Origin: Bdellovibrionota bacterium
Lineage (GTDB): Bacteria; Bdellovibrionota_C; UBA2361; CAKMMH01
Direction of reading: 5' to 3'
Assembly (NCBI GenBank): GCA_050952645.1
Contig: JBMNLI010000011.1
Coordinates: 1 to 49,692, forward strand
DNA length: 49,692 nt
Positions 41,694-49,692 of the stretch are shown here, piece after piece; within the stretch, counting starts at the first letter, position 1, and each line of letters opens with the position of its first letter. The translations under genes were made by a program, and so were the position numbers. The notes below the pieces were generated by a model that made no database searches, was not told the DNA's origin, and was given only the letters and a program-made list of their open reading frames with translations.

Positions 41694-41803
41694 TTCTTCC
41701 TCCTTATTAAACTTAGAAAATAAACTTTAAATTATAAACTATGTAATGCACATAATTATATAATTATACAAAGAACAAAATATTTAAGCATAATTTTTTA
41801 AAA

Positions 41804-41893
41804 CGGAGAAAAGGGGATTCGAACCCCTGTTACGAGAACAACTCGTAAACTTGATTTCGAGTCAAGCGCCTTCAACCACTCGGCCATCTCTCC
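41804..41893 (-). tRNA. tRNA-Ser (CGA), CCA not encoded
   Basis: GGAGAGA acceptor stem, anticodon arm CTTGA-CTCGAAA-TCAAG, long variable arm, GGTTCGAATCC. Confidence 0.95.
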
Positions 41894-41906
41894 ACTAACT
41901 ATTTTT

Positions 41907-42326
41907 TTATTCTTTGTTTTCTTTATCTTCTTTTTTAGGAAGAAATTTTTTATTTAAAATTCCAGTATCTTTGTTTTCTTTAATAAAACTAGAACTTATC
42001 TCTTGCTTCATTATACATTGACCATTAAAGATTGCACCATCTTCTATTTGTATAGAAGGGGCTTGAATGTTCCCAGAAACTATCGCAGTATCTTTTAATG
42101 AAATTCTCTCTTTAGCATAAACATCCCCAGTAACATTACCGTATATAATAACTTCATTCGATTTTACACTTGAATTTAAAACTGCAGTTTGCCCAATTGT
42201 AATTAACGATTCCCCTATTATCTCACCTTCAATTTGTGAGTTTATTTCAGCTGGCCCTTTAAAAAATAAATTTCCTGAAATTTTTGTATCGGCTCCTAAA
42301 ATCGCCTCTAGTTTATTAGTATCCAT
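41907..42326 (-). CDS. Bactofilin (polymer-forming cytoskeletal protein)
   Basis: Beta-helix repeats ISGNL..IEGEI..GNVTGDV..IEDGAIFNGQC. Confidence 0.9.
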   Translation of the reverse strand: MDTNKLEAILGADTKISGNLFFKGPAEINSQIEGEIIGESLITIGQTAVLNSSVKSNEVIIYGNVTGDVYAKERISLKDTAIVSGNIQAPSIQIEDGAIFNGQCIMKQEISSSFIKENKDTGILNKKFLPKKEDKENKE

Positions 42327-42420
42327 AATTTTTTTATTCCTTATTAAATTTCTTTAACTCTTCTACGTTTTTAATATAGTTTAAAAAACCAAATTAAAAC
42401 GTAAAAATAAGCTAATTTAT

Positions 42421-43518
42421 TTATATATTCACTGCATCTTTTAATATTACTTGAACTACTCTTTCTAGTTCATCTTCTGAGTAATATTCAATTTCAACTT
42501 TTCCCTTTCCATTCTTTTGATGCTTAATATTCACTCTAGTTCCTAATTTTTGCCTAAGTAAATCGATAATATCTAAAAATTTTGAATTATTACTTACTAA
42601 ATCTCGTTTTTTATCATTATTTAATACATCTTTATAAGCTCGGCCAGCATCTAATACCCAAACATCTGAGACTAATTTTTCAAGTTCTCTAACAGAAAGC
42701 CCTTCAGATGCTATTTTTTTAGCAAAAGACTTTTGTGCTTCTACTTTTTTAAGCGATAATAAAACTTTTGCATGACCTAAAGATATTTCCCTGTTTTTTA
42801 TAAATTCTTGCACTTCTTCAGGTAGTTCTAATATTCTTATCATATTAGAAACACTAGAGCGATCTTTTCCTATCTTCTCTGCGAGTTCTACCTGTGAAAG
42901 TTTTTCATTAACCATAAGTGTTTGGTATGCCTTAGCTTCTTCTATCGGGTTTAAGTTTTCTCTTTGAATATTTTCTATTACCGCTATTTCATAAGCATCA
43001 TTGTCTTTTAAATCTTTAAAAATTACTGGAATTTCTTTTAATCCTGCTAGCTTTGATGCTCTAAAGCGACGTTCTCCAGCTATAATTTTATACTTATCTC
43101 CCTTTTTTCTTACTAAAATCGGCTGTAAAACTCCATGCTTTAGTATCGATTGAGATAGCTCATTTAAACTTTTTTCAGAAAATTCTTCTCGAGGTTGTTC
43201 ATCGCTAGTAATTATTTTATCAAGAGGGATAAAATTTATATTTTTATTATCGATTAAAGTTTCGTTTATAATATTAGTTTTTTTATTTTCAATAGCCTTT
43301 CCTACCACTTTCTTTGGTGTATTTTTTTGTAAAGCTTCTTTTGCTTTCTCTTTTTCAAAATTTTCAGAGAAAATTTTATTTACATCTAACGCAGCATTGC
43401 TGCTACCGCTCGTTTGTGATTTACTTGCTTGAGTAGTAAAAGTGCTAGCTAGCGGTTCTGATATTAAAGCACTAAGTCCTCTACCTAACCCTCTTTTTTG
43501 TTTTTTATTATCTGCCAT
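42421..43518 (-). CDS. parB: Chromosome partitioning protein ParB
   Basis: RGLGRGLSAL, QPR, IAGERRFRA, ENIQRENL and HTH KDRSSVSNMIR. Confidence 0.95.
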   Translation of the reverse strand: MADNKKQKRGLGRGLSALISEPLASTFTTQASKSQTSGSSNAALDVNKIFSENFEKEKAKEALQKNTPKKVVGKAIENKKTNIINETLIDNKNINFIPLDKIITSDEQPREEFSEKSLNELSQSILKHGVLQPILVRKKGDKYKIIAGERRFRASKLAGLKEIPVIFKDLKDNDAYEIAVIENIQRENLNPIEEAKAYQTLMVNEKLSQVELAEKIGKDRSSVSNMIRILELPEEVQEFIKNREISLGHAKVLLSLKKVEAQKSFAKKIASEGLSVRELEKLVSDVWVLDAGRAYKDVLNNDKKRDLVSNNSKFLDIIDLLRQKLGTRVNIKHQKNGKGKVEIEYYSEDELERVVQVILKDAVNI

Positions 43519-43595
43519 ATTGTTATCCTTTTATTGTTCTTATCATAATAGAATTTATTGTAAAAGAACTTCAATAAACCTATAAAAATAAAAAA

Positions 43596-44450
43596 TTAAT
43601 TATTAGAAACATTTTTTAAACTTTCTTCTTTTAATTTTTCTTTTAATCTATCTAAAGCGTCTTGTTTTTCTTTAAATTTTCTTATTGCTCGAAAATCTAT
43701 TTCTATAGCCAACTCATGGTACGCCTTTGCACCTATTGATTTTGGATCGTAAATACAAATTGGCTGAGAATAACTAGGACATTCAGAAAGTCTTATGTTT
43801 CTAGGAATAATCGTTTTAAATACTAAATCTTTAAAATAATTTCTCGCCTCTTTTTCTACTAGAGTAGATAATTTAGTTCTCGTATCAAACATTGTAAGAA
43901 ACACTCCTAATAATTCAAGTTTAGGATTAAATGTTTGTCTAACAAAATTTACAGTGTTCATAAGTCCCGAGATTCCCTCTAGTGCGTAATATTCTGCTTG
44001 AAGTGGGATAAGTATATAATCTGAAGCACCTAAAGCGTTTAGAGTAAGCAAACCTGAAGATGGAGGACAGTCTATATATATATAGTCATATTTTTTTCTA
44101 AGAAGTGAAAGTTCAGTTTGTAAGATAAGCTCACGACCTTGAGTTTTTCCAATTTCTAGCTCTAAACTTACTAAATCTTTTGAAGCTGGAACTACATGAA
44201 GCCCTTTAATTAAACAGGTCTTTACTATTTTCTCTAACGCCATTTTACCAAAGAATACATCATATAAATCTTCTCCCTCTGGTAAAAGCTCTACACCTAA
44301 ACCACTAGAAGCACTAGCTTGAGGGTCCAAGTCTACTAATAAAACAGATCTTCCCATTCGAGCCATTTCTGCCGCTAGACTTACTGCACTAGTAGTTTTT
44401 CCAACTCCACCTTTTTGATTAGAAATGGAAATGATATTTTGCATCTTCAT
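43596..44450 (-). CDS. parA: Chromosome partitioning ATPase ParA/Soj
   Basis: NQKGGVGKTT, DLDPQ, DCPPS and IPRNIRLSECPS. Confidence 0.95.
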   Translation of the reverse strand: MKMQNIISISNQKGGVGKTTSAVSLAAEMARMGRSVLLVDLDPQASASSGLGVELLPEGEDLYDVFFGKMALEKIVKTCLIKGLHVVPASKDLVSLELEIGKTQGRELILQTELSLLRKKYDYIYIDCPPSSGLLTLNALGASDYILIPLQAEYYALEGISGLMNTVNFVRQTFNPKLELLGVFLTMFDTRTKLSTLVEKEARNYFKDLVFKTIIPRNIRLSECPSYSQPICIYDPKSIGAKAYHELAIEIDFRAIRKFKEKQDALDRLKEKLKEESLKNVSNN

Positions 44451-44485
44451 AAAAAATACCTAATAAAATCAAGTAGTTATGTAAA

Positions 44486-44505
44486 TTATCCACAGTTATT
44501 ACACA
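44486..44505 (+). promoter_or_regulatory. DnaA box(es)
   Basis: Perfect TTATCCACA at 44486-44494; one-mismatch TATTACACA at 44497-44505. Confidence 0.65.
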
Positions 44506-44517
44506 GATCTACCTAGA

Positions 44518-46013
44518 TGTTCCACGTGGAACATTTTTAATTTTTAAGAAAAAAAATCTAAGCTTAACTAGCTTAAATGATAATATATTTTGAGAAAAAA
44601 TCAATAAAATTTTACTATTTATTTTATAGAAATGTTCTACGTGGAACATCTAAAAGAAAGCAAAACAAGCTAAAAAAGCAAAATGTTCTACGTGGAACAT
44701 CTAAGAGAAACAAAACCAACAAAAAAGCAAAATGTTCCACGTGGAACATCTAAGAGAAACAAAACCAACTAAAAAAGCAAAATGTTCTACGTGGAACATC
44801 TAAAGGAAAGCAAAACAAACTAAAAAAATAAAATGTTCTACGTGGAACACTAAAGGGGATAACTTATTAATATTATTATATTTTTAAGTTTTCTAAAAGT
44901 CATTTTAAGTAAAAAATGTTCTATGTGGAACATCTAAAGGAAAACAAAACAAACTAAAAAAATAAAATGTTCTACGTGGAACATCTAAAAGAAAGCAAAA
45001 CAAACTAAAAAAGCAAAATGTTCTACGTGGAACATCTAGAGGAAAGCAAAACAAACTAAAAAGCGAAATGTTCCACGTGGAACATCTAAAGAAAAGCAAA
45101 ACAAACTAAAAAAGCAAAATGTTCCACGTGGAACACTAAAGGGGATAACTTATTAATATTATTATATTTTTAAGTTTTCTAAAAGTCATCTTAAGTAAAA
45201 AATGTTCTACGTGGAACATCTAAAGGAAAGCAAACCAAACTAAAAAAGTAAAATGTTCTACGTGGAACATCTAAGAGAAACAAAACCAAAAAAAAAGCAA
45301 AATGTTCTACGTGGAACACTAATGAGGATAACTGACTAATATTATTACACTTTTAAAGTTTCTAAAATTCATTTTAAGTAAAAAATGTTCCACGTGGAAC
45401 AGCTAAAGGAAAGCAAACCAAACTAAAAAAGCAAAATGTTCTACGTGGAACATCTAAGAGAAACAAAACCAACAAAAAAGTAAAATGTTCTACGTGGAAC
45501 ACTAAGGAGGATAACTTGTTAATATTATTATATTTTTAAGTTTTCTAAAAGTCATTTTAAGTAAAAAATGTTCCACGTGGAACATCTAAAAGAAAAAAAC
45601 AACCAAAAAACGAAATGTTCCACGTGGAACACTTAAGAGAAAACAAAACCAACTAAAAAAGCAAAATGTTCCACGTGGAACACTTAAGAGAAAACAAAAC
45701 CAACTAAAAGTAAAATGTTCTACGTGGAACATCTAAAGGAAAACAAAACAAACTAAAAAAAGTAAAATGTTCCACGTGGAACACTAAAGGGGATAACTTA
45801 TTAATATTATTATATTTTTAAGTTTTCTAAAAGTCATCTTAAGTAAAAAATGTTCTACGTGGAACATCTAAAGGAAAACAAAACCAACTAAAAAGCAAAA
45901 TGTTCCACGTGGAACATCTAAGAGAAACAAAGCCAACAAAAAAGCAAAATGTTCTACGTGGAACATCTAGAAGAAAGCAAACCAGCTAAAAATAAAATGT
46001 TCTACGTGGAACA
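44518..46013. repeat. parS array of 26 TGTTC(C/T)ACGTGGAACA sites
   Basis: Counted by eye: 10 perfect palindromes, 15 with one C>T, 1 with two changes; directly upstream of parA. Confidence 0.93.
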
Positions 46014-46059
46014 TCTAAAGGAAAACAAACTTTAATGTAATAATCAAACACCGTTTTAT

Positions 46060-47167
46060 TTATCTACATAAATAAGCTTTCATAAATCCATCTAAATCAC
46101 CATCTAGCACACTCTCTGCGTTTCCTATCTCATAGCTAGTTCTTAAATCCTTAACCATTTTATAAGGGTGAAGAACGTAATTTCTTATTTGACTTCCGAA
46201 ATCTATCTTATCTTTCTTACCAGCTATCTCATTTAGTTCTTGGCTTTTCTTTTCTTGTTCTAACTCATAAAGTCTAGCTTTTAAAACTTTCATCGCTTGC
46301 TCTTTATTTTTATGTTGCGACCTTTCATTTTGACAAGTTACTACAACCCTAGACGGAATATGAGTAATCCTTACCGCAGAATCTGTCTTATTTACATGCT
46401 GCCCACCAGCCCCAGAAGCTCTATAAGTGTCTATTCTTAAATCCTTTTCATTAATTTCAAGCTCTATCTCTTCTTCTATATCTGGCATAATGGATACACT
46501 AGCAAAAGAAGTATGCCTCCTTTGGTTTGAATCAAACGGAGAAATCCTTACAAGCCTATGAACGCCCTGCTCACCTCTTAAAAACCCGTAAGCATAAGAG
46601 CCTTTTACAAAAATAGTAACGCTTTTTATACCAGCAACATCTCCATATAAACAATCTAACACCTCTGCTTCAAACCCCTTTCTTTCAACCCATCTTAAAT
46701 ACATTCTTAAAATCATTTGCACCCAATCTTGCGCCTCCGTTCCCCCAGCACCTGCGTTAATCTCAATTATTGCATTTAAACTATCAAATTGCCCTTTCAT
46801 TATTGAAACAAACTCTACACTATTTAATTTTTTAAGAACGCTATCATAATTATAAATTATTTCTTTCTCTAAACTCTTCTCCACTAACTCTTCATAAAGC
46901 TCAGCAGCCGCCTCTAAATCTCTATAAATTTTTTCTATATCTTTAAAAACACTTAAAACTTCTTCTATTTGGCGCATTTCCTTAGTTTTTTTAGTAGCAT
47001 TTTCTATATCATCCCAAAAATCTTTACTTTCAGATGCCTTCATTATCTCAGAAAGCCTTTCTTTTTTACCTTGAACGTCAAAGAAGCCTCCCTAGAGCAA
47101 TAACGCGCTCTTTAATATTTGGAATTTCTAAAATATACCTTGAAACTTCTACAATCTCATCAACCAT
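46060..47167 (-). CDS. prfB: Peptide chain release factor 2 (programmed +1 frameshift)
   Basis: SPF and GGQ motifs; 29-codon upstream ORF from ATG at 47167 ends GGG AGG CTT CTT TGA C (47077-47092). Confidence 0.95.
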
Positions 47168-47191
47168 TTTCCCCTCACTATTAAATTACTA

Positions 47192-47713
47192 TCAAATTAT
47201 ATTTATTAAATTAAAATATCTATCTACTAACTTATCTTGCAAATTAAACATCTCTTCTTTTTCTTTCTTAGAAACTTTTTCATGCTCAAAACCAACTAAA
47301 TGAAGCACTCCATGTGTTAAAAGTCTAACTATTTCTTCATTAAATTCAGTTTTATATCGTTTGGCCTGCTTTTCAGCCGTTTCTAAAGAAATAGCTATAT
47401 CACCTAAACTATTAGTTACGAAAAACTGCGCAGCTACACCATTTTTAACACCATCTTTATTAGCATCTTTAACATCGTCTATATTAGCAAATGAAAGAAC
47501 ATCGGTTTCTATATCCTTTCCTCTATAATCCCTATTTAATTCTTTAATTTTTTTATTATCAAAAAAAGATACACTAAGTTCATTAAAAAAATCTTCTATC
47601 TTATACTCTTTCTCAATATCATTTAATAAAATTTTTATAAGTTTTTTTACTTCATTTTTTTTTATTTTATATACTGTTTTATTTTCAACTAAAACATTCC
47701 ACTTTCTTTTCAT
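47192..47713 (-). CDS. ybeY: rRNA maturation endoribonuclease YbeY
   Basis: LNRDYRGKD..TDVLSF, LGDI and HGVLHLVGFEH. Confidence 0.93.
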   Translation of the reverse strand: MKRKWNVLVENKTVYKIKKNEVKKLIKILLNDIEKEYKIEDFFNELSVSFFDNKKIKELNRDYRGKDIETDVLSFANIDDVKDANKDGVKNGVAAQFFVTNSLGDIAISLETAEKQAKRYKTEFNEEIVRLLTHGVLHLVGFEHEKVSKKEKEEMFNLQDKLVDRYFNLINII

Positions 47714-47952
47714 AATTACTTTTAAAAATTCTCCTTAAAAAAATTTATAATAATATAAAAATATAATGATATAAAAAGTTTTCTATTAAAATTTTTTTTG
47801 ATAAATAAATCAAAACTTACTTTCTAGCTTTTTTTTATTAAAAAATTTACGATATATCTTAATATAACTTAACATATATTAAAATAAATTTTATTATTAT
47901 ACTTTTAAAATTACAATTTTATTTTTCTCTTTTTAATTTAAAAATTATATTT

Positions 47953-49692
47953 ATGGCTGAGATAAAAAAAAACGGCTTCGTTATAATCAATGATAATTTT
48001 TTATGCCTTAGGTTTCAATACGATAAAGAAAGGTATAAATATTTATATGGGCTTACTGAAACTTGTTATAAAAAAGAAGAAAAACTTTGGTATATACCGA
48101 TTAGACATTTTAAGAAATTATACAACTCAAAATTATTCTCAAAAGATACTATCGAGTATCAAATAAACAAACAGGAATTAGAATTAAAATTAAAAAAAGA
48201 AGTAGAAAGAAAAAATAATGCATTAAAAAATTTATCTAAAAACCCTTTCTCTTTATCGAAAGAAGATATACTACTTACCGAACCTCATATAATTATCATA
48301 CTTTCAGAAAGTAAAAAATTTTTAAAACTTATCGCAAAGCCTCGAACTAAAATAAAACAAGAATTACTTAAAAATAAAAATATAACTTTTTTAAAAGAAG
48401 AACGCTCGTTTTTTCTTCCTACTATGTTTTTAAATATTTTATTAAAGTATTTAAAAGAAAAAAAAATCCCATTCGCAGTAGAAAAAGAAACTAGCGATGC
48501 ACTTATTAAAGGCGCTAATTTAAGGCGAAAACTAAAAGAAAATAATTATTTAGAAAGTAGTAAAGATTACGAGTTAGCAATAGTCTATCCATTTATCTTT
48601 AAACATACTGAAAGTAATAATCTATACGAGTTTTCCTACTCTCATACTTATCAACTCACTATTGCATTTAAGCATATAAAATCACACGCTCAAAGAAAAA
48701 AATTTGCAAGTAATTTTACGGAAAATGAGCTAGAAAAAGTATTATACAATCTTCAAAGTAGCCGTGTTAAATGCTACTTAACTAAAGATGTTTATAATGA
48801 TTTAGAAATAAAGAAAAAAAACTTAAAACATTCCTTATCATCTGGGCAAAGTGAACTTAAAGATGAAAACCTAGGGCTATTCCTGCCGCTAGTTTGTTGG
48901 ACTAAAGAAGAAGAGCCGATGCTACTTATTAAAAAAGATATCTACACTTTAAAATTAGCTAACAATAAAACTTTTTTAAACTTAAAAAAAGAGTTGCATA
49001 ACGTTTATAAAAATCATTATATTTTTACATTTAACGAAAGAAATATTGAAGATGAATATAAAAAATTAAATATCGCCTTAAACCAAGCTGGAGTTTTGAA
49101 TATTATCACTACTAAATCTTTTTTAGAGCTACTACAAGATTTAAAAAAGCGAAAAGTTTTAGTAGATAGATGTGAGTATTTTAGAAAATTAAAAGATGCT
49201 ACTATAAATTTTAATGATAAAGAATTTGAAGCAAAACTTTTTCCACATCAAAGAGTAGGGATTAAATGGCTATTAGAATTTAAGAATGCACTTTTAGGCG
49301 ATGATATGGGATTAGGAAAGACATTAACCGTTCTTTCTACATTTAAATATTTAAGAGAAAAAGAAGAAATAGATTTAATGCTAGTAATTTGCCCGAATAG
49401 CCTTATCACTAACTGGAAAAAAGAAGCCGAGTATTGGACACCTGAGCTTTGGACTAAACTTATAACGGGAACTAAAAGTAAAAGAGGTAAAATTTTAAAT
49501 AAAATTTTAACTCAAGGTGTAGAGATAGGAATCATAAATTATGAAAGTGCAAGGCTAGATGATATAACTGAAAAACTAATAGAAATCGCAAAAAAGAAAA
49601 AGATTTTAATCTGCTTTGATGAATCACAAAAATTAAAAAATCCAACCTCGAAAACTTTTAAAGCATTAAGAAAAATTGCACTTCATGCACAA
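47953..49692 (+). CDS. SNF2-family helicase, runs off the window end (absent from the ORF track)
   Basis: Frame from ATG at 47953 gives LFPHQRVG, LGDDMGLGKT, VICPNSLITNW and FDESQKIKN. Confidence 0.9.
   Translation, partial: MAEIKKNGFVIINDNFLCLRFQYDKERYKYLYGLTETCYKKEEKLWYIPIRHFKKLYNSKLFSKDTIEYQINKQELELKLKKEVERKNNALKNLSKNPFSLSKEDILLTEPHIIIILSESKKFLKLIAKPRTKIKQELLKNKNITFLKEERSFFLPTMFLNILLKYLKEKKIPFAVEKETSDALIKGANLRRKLKENNYLESSKDYELAIVYPFIFKHTESNNLYEFSYSHTYQLTIAFKHIKSHAQRKKFASNFTENELEKVLYNLQSSRVKCYLTKDVYNDLEIKKKNLKHSLSSGQSELKDENLGLFLPLVCWTKEEEPMLLIKKDIYTLKLANNKTFLNLKKELHNVYKNHYIFTFNERNIEDEYKKLNIALNQAGVLNIITTKSFLELLQDLKKRKVLVDRCEYFRKLKDATINFNDKEFEAKLFPHQRVGIKWLLEFKNALLGDDMGLGKTLTVLSTFKYLREKEEIDLMLVICPNSLITNWKKEAEYWTPELWTKLITGTKSKRGKILNKILTQGVEIGIINYESARLDDITEKLIEIAKKKKILICFDESQKLKNPTSKTFKALRKIALHAQ

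Noticed and set aside
44905..45099. 64 aa ORF in the ORF track
   Set aside because: It is a translation of the parS repeat.
44518..46013. CRISPR array (palindromic repeat with ~34-bp spacers)
   Set aside because: The spacers are near-copies of each other, the repeat is the canonical 16-bp parS, it adjoins parAB, and no cas genes are in the window.
1537..47303. Short ORFs overlapping longer genes (e.g. 1537, 2682, 5151, 6869, 18061, 19245, 28649, 35630, 41458, 47034)
   Set aside because: They are antisense or alternate-frame shadows of well-supported genes with no recognisable motifs.

Overview
AT-rich bacterial chromosomal segment, probably near the replication origin of a delta-proteobacteria-like organism (inferred from the parA-parB-bactofilin order and the FleQ/FleS/FleR-type sigma54 cluster). 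It carries housekeeping genes (U32 pair, cysS, mnmG, hldD, argS, ihfB, mnmA, frameshifted prfB, ybeY), tRNA-Arg(CCT), tRNA-Ser(CGA) and a tyrosine recombinase. It also carries GT87/GtrB-like and AlgI/AlgJ-like envelope-modification pairs, three related secreted proteins and an SNF2 helicase cut off by the window end. The most striking element is a ~1.5 kb array of 26 parS palindromes upstream of parA. It is built from ~50-bp units interrupted five times by an exactly 83-bp unit containing a DnaA-box-like 9-mer and an AT-rich tract, with a perfect DnaA box at the array edge. Other highlights: two IS1634-family elements, the second inserted at the terminal base of the first; frequent 12/15-bp tandem duplications, in frame inside conserved proteins; a sigma54 promoter hidden in the repeat tail of the FleQ-like gene; a dispersed repeat with compensatory base pairs; and a reading frame with three in-frame stops beside tRNA-Ser. 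All calls come from reading the sequence; no database searches were run.
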